Assembly (NCBI GenBank): GCA_951406725.2
Contig: OX597834.1
Coordinates: 34,410,001 to 34,474,000 of the forward strand
DNA from: Octopus vulgaris
Taxonomy: Eukaryota
DNA: 64,000 nt
Reading direction: 5' to 3'
In this document: positions 1 through 13,040 of the stretch, one piece after another
Numbering within the stretch: position 1 is the first letter of the stretch
Layout of the letters: each line of letters starts with the position of its first letter
Notes under the pieces: generated by a model
Told to the model about the DNA's origin: nothing
Database searches by the model: none
What the model saw: only the letters and a program-made list of their open reading frames with translations
Program-made: the position numbers and the translations under genes

Positions 1-645
1 ATGGTAGAATATGGCAGAAGCTTGTATGAATAAACATATAAACAAAGAAGCCTCTATTTAGTCACTCCATTTGGTAGAAGAAATAGCTGCTAAATTCCAT
101 GAAAGTACATCCTACAATCTTCCAGAAAGAAAAAATAAATTGGATAATGTGATCCTAAACTTTATGGTTATAGTTGGAATGCCTTTGATCATAGAGTACT
201 GAATCAAGACTGACTTGGGTCTACATATCAACAACATATATACATACATGTATACAGAAACATAAGGACATTGATGACAAGCTGGCAAATATACAGATAC
301 AACAGAGAAATAGAATTTCACATCAAATTTAGTAGTTGTACTTTAGAACCAAAGTATGACAATTTTTTTACAACATTCAAATAACTGGTTTCATCTGAAC
401 AAACATTTATTTCACTTTGATGTTACTTTTATAACATTTGAACGTGTAAAATATTTTACAATATTCTAAAATTTGTCTTAATAAGAAGTTTAGCATTCTC
501 ATTTCTTATGTCTGAAAATTTGCTTTTCCTACTTGAATTTGACATTAAAATTCGTCAACATGAAAATTTCCCCTTCAAAAAAATCCAAGCAAATTACTTG
601 TACATACAGATGAAAAAGCTTGTGTATAAAGTATATATACATATA

Positions 646-695
646 TATAGGAAGATGTGTGTTTCAAGCTATCTACTAACTGAACCACACATCCA

Positions 696-739
<44 letters not shown>

Positions 740-772
740 AATCTATCTATATCAATCTATCTATCTATCTAT

Positions 773-816
<44 letters not shown>

Positions 817-865
817 AAGATGTGTTTCAAGCTATCTACTAATTGAACTACACATCTATATCTAT
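646..865. repeat. Direct duplication of a ~55-bp unit separated by (TATC)n/(TA)n
   Basis: ataggaagatgtgt(gt)ttcaagctatctactaa.tgaac.acacatc.atatct occurs at about 646 and about 812. Confidence 0.85.
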
Positions 866-879
866 ATGTGTATATATAT

Positions 880-932
<53 letters not shown>

Positions 933-950
933 AGTGTGTGTGTGCGTGCA

Positions 951-1005
<55 letters not shown>

Positions 1006-1067
1006 ACATATAAATACATATATACATATATATACACACACATATATATAGATACATATATATATAT

Positions 1068-1121
<54 letters not shown>

Positions 1122-1293
1122 GAAAGATGAATAATAGATTAATCAAAAGTTAACCGATATATATAGCAGTAAACACACAGGTACAACCATATATAGATAC
1201 ATTATTGGTGAATTGAAGAAATGGGAACGCAGATTGAACAGAAATATATATAAACGCCAATGGGGGCATATATACACGTGTAGAATATAAAAC

Positions 1294-1331
<38 letters not shown>

Positions 1332-1635
1332 GAATGCATTGTTAATTGAAGAACTAATAAAAGGGAAATGAGATAAACTATTGTTTAGTTAACAGAAGAA
1401 TATAAGAAGTAGAAACAGAGTGAGTTTAAATTATAATGCACAAGATTGTTCTTCCTATTGGAATACAGAAATCATTCAAAGAAACAGAATGGTTAAAAAA
1501 TGTTTCTAAAAAAAGAAAAAACTGAAAAGAAACTGAAGACAGAATAGTAGTATGTGTATGAGTGTGTATATGTGTATGCGTGTGTATGTATGTACATATA
1601 TATATACATATATATATACACATATTATATACACC

Positions 1636-1667
<32 letters not shown>

Positions 1668-1808
1668 TATACATACATATATACATACATATAAATATAT
1701 ATATACACACATATATATACACACATATATATATATACACATATATATACATATACATATATATACATATACATATATATACATATACATATATATATAC
1801 ATATATAC

Positions 1809-1853
<45 letters not shown>

Positions 1854-2110
1854 ATATGTAATGTTTTAAAAAAATGATATGGTCTAATTTGTTGTATGAT
1901 GTGATGAAGCAAAGTGTTATTTGATGTCATATCAGAGAAGTATAAAGAGAGAAGATGTCATAAGACAAAGAAAAAGAAAGAAAGAATTGCAAAGATTGAA
2001 ATGGTGCTAGCATATAGAGCTAGATCAATACTGATTCAGTGATTAACATTGAGAGAGATACTCTTTCACTGGTTTCAGCCATTTGGCTGTAGCCATGCTG
2101 ATGGCCCCAG

Positions 2111-2158
<48 letters not shown>

Positions 2159-2165
2159 CATATAC

Positions 2166-2207
<42 letters not shown>

Positions 2208-2257
2208 GAATATCCAAAACAGTACGACGATGAGGAACAATGGAAAGAGTTCAAAAA

Positions 2258-2263
2258 CATGCA
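2258..2263 (-). promoter_or_regulatory. Rbfox-type element TGCATG at +12..+17 downstream of the microexon donor
   Basis: gtaagatatcaTGCATG on the minus strand; a downstream UGCAUG is the established Rbfox inclusion enhancer. Confidence 0.5.
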
Positions 2264-2274
2264 TGATATCTTAC

Positions 2275-2289
2275 CTGGCGGCGTGACGT
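2275..2289 (-). CDS. SCAI: Candidate 15-nt alternative microexon of SCAI (adds RHAAR after KEDR)
   Basis: Minus strand: long U-rich tract ...ccttgctattgctgctttggtatcaacag|ACGTCACGCCGCCAG|gtaagatatcatgcatg. Length is a multiple of 3 and it is open in phase 2, like the upstream SCAI exon. It lies in a CpG-containing island between (TA)n tracts. Assignment to SCAI is inference. Confidence 0.6.
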
Positions 2290-2303
2290 CTGTTGATACC
2301 AAA

Positions 2304-2315
2304 GCAGCAATAGCA
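2304..2315 (-). promoter_or_regulatory. UGC motifs at about -15 to -26 of the microexon 3' splice site (SRRM3/4 eMIC-type enhancer)
   Basis: cctTGCtatTGCTGCttt lies between the polypyrimidine tract and the AG. Confidence 0.45.
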
Positions 2316-2391
2316 AGGTTTAAAAAAATAATAGAAATAAAGAAAAAAAAATAGTGACAACGAATGCTTACTTGAAAAAAAATAATGGTAG

Positions 2392-2422
<31 letters not shown>

Positions 2423-2519
2423 GGTGATATCATGACATGGAGGGGTGCAAGTGAGGTGTAAGGATATAGGTTATATATAAATATATATATAAGTATATAT
2501 ATATAGATATACATATACA

Positions 2520-2563
<44 letters not shown>

Positions 2564-3540
2564 CACACACACAAATATATATACATGTATATATGCGTAT
2601 ACATATATAACAGCATAAAAGGCAGAATTGATTAACTTTACAGAAAAAAATTCCTTTTTTTTTTCCTTTCACAATTTTACTACTATGCTGCCAGTATTCA
2701 ATGTCAATTCATTTAAGTTTTGCTATAAAACAAAGCTACAAAAGAACTCTCTTATATAGTCTATATCTAATTTCCCAAATTAATAACAGTTTTTGAATAA
2801 TCAACAATAAATTCAATATTACAGAATTTTCAAAAAAATCGAAGGTAATCAAATATGCCCTTTAGCTTACAATATATATATATACGTATGTATATATACA
2901 TATATATAAAACAAGAATAAGAGCGGAATTAAAATATTGTCACAATTCTGAAATATGAAATTAGACAAAACAAAATATAAAAACACAGGAGAAGTTAATT
3001 GAAGGTGAGGTTATTAATATATCCAAAGGAAATTAAGGGGGTCTTCATTGCAATTTTTAAAAGTTTCTTCAAGAAGTGGACGTTCTTTCAGATAACGATT
3101 ACTATTGAAAGTTCATGCTGATGCTTAGTTTAATTAATACTTGAACAACTACATCTAGTGTCTGACAGTAGGCATTATAGGCACCTATTTGAGACAGAAG
3201 ATGAAACACACTTGCTGATATAACTACAACTATGTGTCTATCACTTGCTGTGCAACCATTTTACCAATTATGTCAATTATCTTGAGGAGATAAAACAGCA
3301 CAGTTATAATATCAGAAATAATTTATAGTATCTAATTTGAGAAGATGGAATGGCAGGTATATATTCTGTAATGTAATTGGTGACATAGTCACTATGCAAG
3401 TGGTAGATACATGCTTTGACAAGTTGTCTTGAATAGGTTCTTATAATTTATAATATCCTAATGTATAATGTCAGTTGCCTTGAATAGGTTCTTGTAACGT
3501 ATAATATCATTTGCAATTAATTCATACATCTAGTCAAACT

Positions 3541-3750
3541 GTTGTTGATGTTTGATATCAAGTCAGCCCTAATCAAACAGACTTATACTCAAAGGTGTAT
3601 CAACTGTTAACATCTTTTCTTTCATTCATATGTGGTGCATCTAGGATGACATTCTCTAATATGTCCTGTTTTTAAAATGACAGGAAGTAATTTAAGGAAG
3701 ACTTGGCTGCTACTCCTAATAAGTTCAATAACTACTCAGAGGCTTTCCCT
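3541..3750 (+). repeat. Representative of an old ~200-bp interspersed repeat (family C), present more than 10 times in both orientations
   Basis: Shared pattern gttgtt...gtcagccct...cagac.tatgatcaaagg...actacattatccaatgtgtcc...aagatggtagggtgtgatttg...gagatttggctgctatttctag. Also near 70-240(-), 13500(+), 22380(-), 30625(+), 34950(-), 40300(-), 46230(-), 51520(+), 54960(+), 57000(+) and 60615(+). Confidence 0.75.
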
Positions 3751-5147
3751 TTAAGAATATTCTGACAAAGCTTTGTTGGTTAGAACTAGTCAACTTGTTA
3801 GTACATATTAATCTACTGACTAAAGGATCAATAGTTTCTGTACCAACATCAACATTGTGCTGTGTTCTTGCCAGGGGCCCAGTTTCACATTGAGGTAACA
3901 GAGGGTAGTTACAGTTTGTTATTGTAAGCAGAAAGGATTATGTGTAACTTATGGGCATTCTATTAGCTTCTAAGGGTAAGAGTTCAAATAAGACCCTAGG
4001 TCTAAAGAAGATATCAGGAAACTGTTGTCTGTTAAGATGAATCTTTCTTTTCAGCCATGACCCATTGACTCAATGAGCTACAGTACATTATTTATAATGT
4101 ATTTCAATGTATAAATCTGCTGGAAGTAAGATATTTTTATAATAATAATATACTGCTCTTCATGAAAGAGGTTATAGAGAACTAGCACTTCAGTAACAGA
4201 TCAGTGGTTATTTTACAATATTATTATTACAGGTATCAGATGCTCACTATATTGCTAATCACTCAAACATAAAGTACCAATGGAATCTATTCTACATTCA
4301 ATAAATATATGAAAAGTGAGAAAATCCTGATAAATTATTCAATAACAATGAAACCAGCCAGTAGTTCAACCCTCACACCCCAATCTATCGACAAGGCTAC
4401 TTGGGCTTAATTTCCTGAGACAAAATAAGTATGTATATAAGTCTGTATATTTATTTATTCATAACCTACACTATTCCCGAGCAAACTATTTGAGCCAAAC
4501 TGAAACTAGCAAAGTTATGGATCTTGGTCAAGCCCATGACATAATGGCTACAGTAAAATTTGTACCTATGCCATATGGACAATAGTCCAACACACTAATC
4601 TCACAAGTGTCATACATACAGGATTGTTCAAGATTAAATTTCATAAGTTTTAACTAATCAATAAAGACAGAGTTGAAAACTGAGTTAGTATTCTTAGAGG
4701 AGCTAAACATTTTGTGAATGATTTTAAAAATTTACATCGAAATATCATTAGATATTCATCTATAAACAAAGACTACTTTTCTTTTTCCAAACTTCCATAC
4801 TTTTGCTGGGATAATAATAACGACTCCTTCATAAATGTTATAAAATTTATCATATGACAAACAGAGGAGAGAGAACAAACAAATAAACAAAAACAAAATG
4901 AAAACTGGTGATAAAAATACTGTCTGAAGCTAACAGCCAATGTATATTTATTATTTAGGAGCTGTAGTTGTTGTTAGTAGAAAAGAAAGTAGTTTGAAAA
5001 GAGAATACTACATATATATACACATATCCAAATACATATTTACATGTTTACACATATATTTATATGCAAATATATATATTATATATATATACACACACAC
5101 ACACACATACACACATAAACATACACACACATACACATGTACATACA

Positions 5148-5548
5148 TGATGGCTGCCCCCTCGTTCTCGAGTATGGCCATTGCATGAAGCTTAACTGTT
5201 ATTGGTGCTGTGATCGAATGTGACTTTTATTTGCTTTTTAATGCTACAGCCTGCCATTCAGTTGAGACTCACAGCACCATCAACAATCATGAACAATGTT
5301 GTTATCGTGCAATGCCTGTGCAAGAAGATTTTCTTTTAAAGTAAGGAAAGGCTATGCACAGAGTCAATCCCACTCACTAAGCAACAGCAGCCATAATCCA
5401 AAAAGAAGAACGAGTCAACATCATCGGTAACCACTGAGCCACAGGTTTTATGTCGGAGTTATCCCAGTTACCTTCTCCTAGAAGGATGCCCTAACAAAGG
5501 TTAGGAGACCTTCACTCCCAATGGTTTAACCGCGTGATCGGGTATTCA
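5148..5548. repeat. Interspersed repeat, probably an RTE-related non-autonomous retroposon
   Basis: CpG-bearing block with sharp boundaries between (CA)/(CATA) tracts; the ttatcccagttaccttctcctag...aaggttagg segment resembles RTE-type ends. Confidence 0.4.
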
Positions 5549-6397
5549 TACATACATACATAAAGAGCAGGCGTATGTATGTGTGTGATTACAAAGTTTA
5601 CATGTTTTCAGATTTAATCCACTATGCAGCACCTTGGCCAAGTGTCTTCAAGTATAACTCCAGAGTTGATGAAAGCCTGTGAGTAGATGTTGTACATGGA
5701 AACTAAAAGAAGCCGACTGTGTGTGTGTGGTGGGGGAGTATGTCCCCTTCTCTTGACATCATATGATATTTGTAAAAGGCTGTCACTGTCATACAATCTG
5801 TGTCATTCATTTCTAATATTCTGAAGGAAAAAACACATGAATGGCTGAGGGAAGATATTACACTGTTTTGAAACAGGAAAGCATTGGTAAGAGGTAGGGC
5901 ATCCAACCATAGAACATCTACCTCAATAAACATTGTTTGACCCATGCAAGCATACAAAAGTTGATGCTAAAGTGATGATGACAATGATACATATCTACAT
6001 ACATACTTATATATACATTTAAATACACACACACACAATCATTTAACATCCACTTTTCCATGCAGGAAGAGTTTACTGCAGAAAAATTTCTACAACCAGA
6101 AAACCCTCACCTGTCACCAACACTCACTAGTTTCTTGGTGAGCTAATATTTACCCATGGCCAGACATTAGTTTGCAGAATATTTAGAAATGACTGACATT
6201 GTTTGTATGAGAGTTACACACATTTACAACTCTCACGTAATGTCAAGACAAGGAGAAAGAATTACACATAGACACTCACACACACATATATACATACACA
6301 TGCTTTTATATGTACATAAGTGTGAGCATGTATATTGTGTGTGTATGTGTATGTATATATATATGTATATATGTGTGTGTGTGTGTATGTGTGTGTA

Positions 6398-6506
6398 TGG
6401 GGAGAATTCACAAAAAAAACAAGAGGAAGACAGGTGGTGTAGACAACAAACAGATGTATTAGTTTAACGCTCAGGAAGTGAAAGTCTTTTGAGCCTACGC
6501 TCTTCC
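6398..6506. mobile_element. Penelope-like element terminal fragment
   Basis: ...aaagtcttttgagcctacgctcttc embedded in (TA)/(TG) tracts resembles PLE pseudo-LTR ends; a similar relic (gaaacagctgttag) lies near 10450-10750. Confidence 0.4.
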
Positions 6507-6534
6507 AATATCTGTATATATATATATGTATATA

Positions 6535-6577
<43 letters not shown>

Positions 6578-6634
6578 ATATATATATATGTGTGTATATA
6601 TATATATGTGTGTATATATATATGTGTGTATATA

Positions 6635-6671
<37 letters not shown>

Positions 6672-6766
6672 GTAAATATATATGTGTGTATATATATATG
6701 TATATATATGTATATATATATATATATATATAAATATATATATATATGTATATATATGTATATGTA

Positions 6767-6815
<49 letters not shown>

Positions 6816-6830
6816 GTGTGTGTGTGTGTA

Positions 6831-7103
6831 TATCACGTGACCACGTGACCAACCAGACATCAGATGTTGTTACACATCGCTGGTCACAATGCGTTTGCAT
6901 TGCTTTAGCCTAAAAATGACGCCACCCCGCTGGCCAACAGAAGAAAGAGTGGGAGAAAGAGTGGTGAAAGAGTACACTGGAGCCTCGTGGAGCTTTAGGT
7001 GTTTTCGCTCAATAAACACTCACAACGCCCGGTCTGGGAATCGAAACCGCAATCCTACGACCGCGAGTCCGCTGCCCTAACCACTGGGCCATTGCGCCTC
7101 CAC
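6831..7103 (-). mobile_element. Young tRNA-derived SINE
   Basis: Minus strand gtggaggcgcaaTGGCCCAGTGGttagggcagcggactcgcggtcgtaggattgcGGTTTCGATTCCc shows Pol III A and B boxes; CpG-rich; the body is not a complete tRNA. Confidence 0.85.
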
Positions 7104-7492
7104 GTGTGTGTATATATATGTATATAAATATGTATATATATGTATGTATATATGTATATATATGTGTGTATATATATATATATGTATGTATATATATATG
7201 TATGTATATATATGTATATATATATATGTGTATATATGTATATATTTGTATATATATATTCTTCTCCTCTCCTTCACCATTCCCTCTCTCTCACTCCTCC
7301 TTCTTGACTCTCTCATCGATGACACATGATGAAAGGGAATCTATCTTTTTGCCCATAATAATCTCAATCCATAATAGAAGACACTTACCCAAGGTGCCAC
7401 ACAGTGAGACTAAAACTGAAACTATAAGGCTGGCAAGTAGACTTCTTAACTACATACTTACTTCAGTGCCTATACATATACAGATGTATATA

Positions 7493-8671
7493 CAGAGTGC
7501 CTCCCCCCCCAAAAAAAATATATACACAAATTGAATGATTATAAAATCAGTGTTTATTAAAATACATTCCATTTTTAAAACTTAATAGAATTTACAGACA
7601 GAAATTAATTTTTTCATGAATGCCTGTTTTCAAAATGATAAATGTTCTGGTCCTGGCACTGGTGGTAATACAAAACAATGGAATCACAAACAACAAAACA
7701 TTTTGTTCAATGGCTGCCATTAGATCATAACTGTGGCTGGTTTGTACTTTAAATTTTTAAAGTATTTCCATAAAAATAGTTTAGTGGTGGTGGAGTTTGA
7801 AGAACATGGAGAGTATTCTACAGAACATCTTTGTTCAATCCACCTGTTTTGCAAATTTCATCCTTATATTACTATTGTAGTGTTGAAGTGTCTCATCTGG
7901 CTGAAAATAAACTCTAGATTTTCAAAGTCTTCTTGAATGCTTGGCATGACATATCACAACAAGTTCAAGTAAATGGGATCAGTTACAATACCATTAAAAA
8001 AAGAGTGGTCTAATTAATCTTTTTGGTGGTAAGCTGCACCATACTTAACCTCTAGTAAATTAATATGATGTTCCTCTGTAATATGTGAACTCTCAGGTCC
8101 CCAAGCTGTAGTGTTTAACTGATCCAATTATATTTAAATGTAGCCTCATCACTCCAAACAATCTTTATTGGAAGGTGTGCTTCTTTATACATCTTGCCAT
8201 GTGTAACCCACAAAACTTCACTCTTCAGTCTCGATCATCTTCATTGACATCTGGGACTTTTCTTGGAATGTAACTCTTCCAATGACAGAGCTTCAAAATG
8301 CAATGGATGCTTGATTTTATAATTCCTGTCTCACAACACACTTGCTACACATTTTCTCGAAATTTGGCAATATGTTTCTAGTGCTCTTTTATTTTTTTGG
8401 AGTCATCAATGATGGCAGTCTTCCAGAACATTTCTTGAAGTCATTCTGAACTAGAGTTCCATCTGCTTCAAGCTTGTCTCTAATTCAAGTGATGGTAAAT
8501 TGTGCAGGTGGATCAGTTTGATACTTCTATCTTCAACTACATTTTCAAACTTCCAGTAGTACTTTCAAAAGACTTTCTTTTGTTTAAAGTACTTCAGCAA
8601 TGTTTTCAAATTTCCAGTAGCACTTTTAAGTCAAATTTCCATTGCCCAAAGCTTAGTCTGGCTCCCTTCAT
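7493..8671 (-). pseudogene. Decayed Tc1/mariner-superfamily DNA transposon with a DUF4817-type transposase relic
   Basis: TA|CAGAGTG terminus at 7491. Minus-strand fragments, with frameshifts and stops: MKGARLSF..., YWKFENVVE, IRDKLEADGT, SGR, IVWSDEATFK (8133-8162), PLFFNGIVTDPIYLNL, MPSIQEDFE. Confidence 0.8.
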
Positions 8672-8699
8672 TATTTTTATTCTAGTGGGTTGAACAAAT

Positions 8700-9270
8700 G
8701 TGTGTGGGGGCTCATCAAAGGCAGATGTAAGAGGGTGTTCAAGGGAAAGGAGTGTTTAATGGAAAACAAAATGTGGGATGGGTGACAAAAGTGATTTAAA
8801 GGAAAGGGATAATCGATAACATGAAATTACAGCACCTGAGTGAGCAGTGCCATTGTTAGAAGAATGATGGACGGATTGGTGTTAGACAGATGAGTTGTGG
8901 GGGGAGGTGTGACAAGGACAGATTGAGTGTGGAGGCATATATACACAAACGGTATGCTTTTAGGGCCTCATTTTTGCTGAGATAGACTGGTATTCTTGAG
9001 CACAGCAAATCAATCATTTTTATCATCTCCAAGAGGCTCAATACCCAAGGCTGGTCTTCACTAATTTCTCCCACACCTTTCTGGATCTTACTCTTCCACA
9101 GGTTCCATCCAATAATCATACCAGCAAGTCTTCTCTCTTGCATAAACGATTCCTCTTACACCCAATTTTTCTCTTGACTGACTTGTCATATATGCATACT
9201 AACAGTGCACATCCAGTGGAACATGCTAGCTTCATTTCTTTGTAGTCTTCACATGTCCTTCACATTCATA
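8700..9270 (-). mobile_element. Old RTE LINE 3' fragment
   Basis: Minus-strand relics (EASMFHWMC, REKLGVRGI, QERRL, GTCGR) followed by pyrimidine-rich 3' UTR-like sequence. Confidence 0.6.
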
Positions 9271-10300
9271 GCACAACAGAAGATTTATATGAAATAATTT
9301 TGATCAAATTACATTATCAAATATTGAGAAATATTTCAAACATTTTGCAATGGAAAACTAACAGTAAGTTCAGAAACTGTTGAGAGTAGTTAGTTGAAAT
9401 TCAACCCCAGCTTTTGACTGGTACTTTGCTTTTACAACCTCTGAAGGATGAAAGGCAAAGTTGACATCAGTGACAGTTAAGATTAGAATGTAAGGGGATG
9501 TTATGAAATAAAACAAGGTATTTTATCCAACAATCTCCAACTCAGGTACAAGGCCTCAAATTTACAGAAAAGAAACTAGAGCCATCCCAGTAGTCAATTG
9601 GTAATATTTTATTGAGTGCTAGAAGGATGAAATGAAAGATTGAATTGAGTGAGATTTTAAATGAGGCCCTAAAAGGCCAGAAGAAATATGGCAAGGTATT
9701 TTGTTGAATGCTCTAATGATTTGACCAATCTCAATAACAATTTATGGTACAAACACAAAACACATTCACAAAGGTATACTGCTAAGAACACCTGTTCATT
9801 AAAAGCATGTTTGGCTAAAAGTTCACTTAAGCATATGTAAGATTACAAAAGGTGCATAACAATGACTTTCTCCAAGACTTTACCCAGATGCATGCAGACA
9901 CACAGCTATTACTAATGTATAATGATGACATCATACAATTTTAAGAAGCACTAATCAGATAGGTGTGCGTGTTTGTGTGTGTGTGTGTGTGATTCTTTAG
10001 ATAGACAGGTAGATAAATAATCAAATGAGACAAATATATTTTTCTCTCATTTGGGAGAACCCAAAGAAGAGCTTCAGGAATTCCCAGAGGAGAGAAACCA
10101 ACATATATATTTGTCACATTCAATTATTTCTTTAAACATTATTATTTACTGTGTAGCTAATACATGAAATTCTTTTCTACAGTCTATAATTATCGTTATT
10201 CTTGTGAACAAACTGCATCTATTTATAGATACAGTTTTATATTCTAAGTGTTCAAACATGTTCCTATGAACGTGTAACCATAGGACTCCTATAATATATG

Positions 10301-10345
<45 letters not shown>

Positions 10346-10758
10346 CGCAACAAAAAGTGTGTGTGTGTGTATGTATATATATATATATCCTTGTTTCAAA
10401 TTGGTCTTATTACCAAATATGATAAATATTTTTACATATTTTTGCATATCAATGGCAATACCATACAACATTGGAAACAGAAACAGCTGTTAGATGGACT
10501 GCAGTCTATTTGCATTGAATTAATAAACAATAATTGATGTACATCAATTGTTCTTCATCAGTACTTCTCCATTTTCTGTTTTCTTTAAATTTTGATTCTT
10601 GATAAACCCATGTTTATCCTTGTCTTTAACTATAACCTATGAGCATAATATGTTCACATATTTAAGTATGTGGTTAAGTATAGGTAATATATCGGTAGTG
10701 TAATGGATACTTCTATCCCTTAGCCGGTTGTTTTAACCCTTAACTCAACTAACCTTTA

Positions 10759-10806
<48 letters not shown>

Positions 10807-10939
10807 CACACACACACACATACATTATATGCACGATGGAAGAGGTAGAGTAATATATAAATAGATATCTAACTATATATATATGTGTAAGTGTATATAT
10901 ATGTATATAAATACACATACACACACACACCATCACTCA

Positions 10940-11615
10940 TACCCCTCCATCTTTTACCTTCCTACCACCAATGAACCTTGCAAACAATGAATGGCCACCC
11001 CACACATGCTCCCATCAATCTGTTTGTGCCAACCTTCACTCATCTATCCATCTCTTCACTCACTTCAACCATCACTTTCTCATTAATATCTCTTATGTCA
11101 CCACCTCACTCTGTTGCTTGCTCACTACTATTCATTACTCCTTCTCTGTCTCACTTCCTTCACTCCACAGCTTTTTTACAACTTCAATACCCTCCTCTTT
11201 CTCTCTCTCTCTCTAACCTACCCCAAACCTTTCTTTCAAGAACTCTCTCTGGATCCTTACCCCTCATTATCTACTTCCTCCCCCACTTCCAACAGTTATT
11301 ACTCCATTACTGTCTCCTCTATCACCCTTTAACAACTATAACTTCGTTTCTCATCACCTTACCTAAATCACCACACTTTCTCTCATTCCTACTTTCTATT
11401 TGTTATAGAAACTCCTTGATGCCCTTTATTCTTGCAAGAATATTTTACTAGTACTAATGTCAGGTAAAAACATCCACCTAGTACACTCTTTAATGTGACT
11501 GGAATTAGGAAGGAAGCTCAGCCTCAGAAACCATGCCAAAACAGATGTTGGAGCATGGTGTCTTCCTCTAATTGTTGAGCCTTGTTGGCCTGGTCAACAT
11601 TATACAGTATGTAGG
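10940..11615 (+). mobile_element. Decayed RTE-related 3' UTR or SINE tail
   Basis: A C/T-rich segment is followed by gtaaaaacatccacctagtacactct...ggaattaggaagg...agaaaccatgccaaaacaga, which resembles the retroposon tail seen elsewhere in the window. Confidence 0.45.
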
Positions 11616-12629
11616 GTGCAGCTTGAACTCTTGGTCCCAAGGCTTGTGGGGTCTTGTAGTTTTGTATAAAATTATTTAAATGTTACTTCAATGAATGCTT
11701 AGCTGTATGGTTTCAGATGGATGGAATCAGAAAACATTTTGTATTGAAACACAGTGAAGGGTGGCTTCAACACTGTTGTAATGCTTTTACTGTTGGGAGC
11801 AGCTATATTTTGATGATGTAAATAATTTATTCATCATCATCATCAATTAACTTCAATCTAAAATGCTTACATTTAGCAGCAAAATCCTATACTAATTAGG
11901 CATGCCAGAATTTCTAAAAAGGCAATGAAAAAAATGAACCAAAAAAAGTACAACTTCCATAAGCACTGATGGTCAAAGAGATATCACACAGGCTAGCAAT
12001 GTTCTCAGTGGGATAAACCAAGTCAATAGACTTTCAGGAGATTGAGATATATCCTGGCCAGAAAGACAAAAATATTGATTAAATTAGCAATACTCACACC
12101 ATATACTTTTATACATTTGTGGGATTTAGGTTATAAACTTGAGTAATAACAAAACCATAGACTTAAAACTTCCAATACCACAGCAGAATGCATTTGTATG
12201 TACATTCTTCTGTGAGAAATCTTATATTGTTAAATTGATTTTTCTTATTTTTCTTTTTTTAAGGAAAGAAAGAAAACAAAATTCAACAGGAATAAAAAAG
12301 ATAACTAATAAAATAAAACCAAAATCAAAGTAAAATTTTCAAAATAGATACAAAATCCGCATCCTCAAAACTTGTTGCTATATATTGCGATAAATTGTAT
12401 TTATTTAATTTTGCCTTCCCTGCAGCAACAAGTTGGTCGAAATGGGACATTGATTACTTTTAAAAAATCTATAGAACAAATCTATAGAACAATACAGCAT
12501 TGCTCTGCTTCAATGAGACTTGCATTCCAGCCACTCCTTTGGGAGCCTCTATGTGGCTGTTTGACCAATTAGAATTAACAGCCAAATCTTCCTCAAATCT
12601 CTTTCTACCATGTTAAATAAGGAAAGGTT

Positions 12630-13040
12630 ATTAGGTGTGATAGGAAGCTTGCTTCCCTACCACATGGTTCCAGGTTCAGTCCCACTGCATGGCACCTTGG
12701 GCAAGTGTCATCTACTATAGCCTGAGACCAACCAAAGCCTTGTGAGTAGATTTGGCAGATGGGAACTGAAAGAAGAACATTGTGTGTGGGTACACGCACA
12801 CACACATATGTATGTATGTATGTGTGTGTGTTTTTGTGTCTGTGTTTGTCCCCCCCATCACTGCTTGACAACCAATATCGGTGTGTTTACATTCCTGTAA
12901 CTTAGCAGTTTGGTAAAAGAGACCAAGTACTAGGCTTTAAAAAGTAAGTTCTGGGATCAGAACATATTTTTAAAACCCCGCAAGGCAGTGCTCCAGCATG
13001 ATTGCAGTCAAATGACTGAAACAAGAAAAAAGATTAAAAG
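12630..13040 (+). mobile_element. Near full-length tRNA-derived SINE (family A in this window)
   Basis: ccacatggttccaggttcagtcccactgcatggcaccttgggcaagtgtc...aaagccttgtgagtagatttgg...(GT)n...gcagtcaaatgactgaaacaag. Further copies or fragments near 5600, 7360, 15630, 16840, 17925, 22915, 33172, 37440, 37960, 41620, 48890, 53900, 58280, 59260, 61820, 62000 and 62380. Confidence 0.85.

Larger units (their letters stand above)
690..2610. repeat. Cluster of compound (TA)n/(CA)n/(TATC)n microsatellites; many similar tracts elsewhere (e.g. 6515-6830, 7105-7260, 16090-16390, 62745-62915)
   Basis: Directly visible; these tracts generate the spurious YIYI, CVCV and THTH ORFs. Confidence 0.95.

Noticed and set aside
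2205-2354. Protein-like plus-strand peptide [25 protein letters not shown]...
   Set aside because: It has no credible start or plus-strand splice sites, and the island is better explained by the minus-strand microexon and its signals.
774-2672. Many ORFs of YIYI, CVCV or THTH type here and throughout the window
   Set aside because: They are translations of dinucleotide microsatellites that lack stop codons.
7030-7103. tRNA-like sequence with A and B boxes
   Set aside because: It continues into a SINE body without a proper acceptor stem or terminator, so it is a SINE head rather than a tRNA gene.
10978-11451. 157-aa L/S/T/P-rich ORF
   Set aside because: It is pyrimidine-rich retroposon 3' UTR-like sequence of low complexity.
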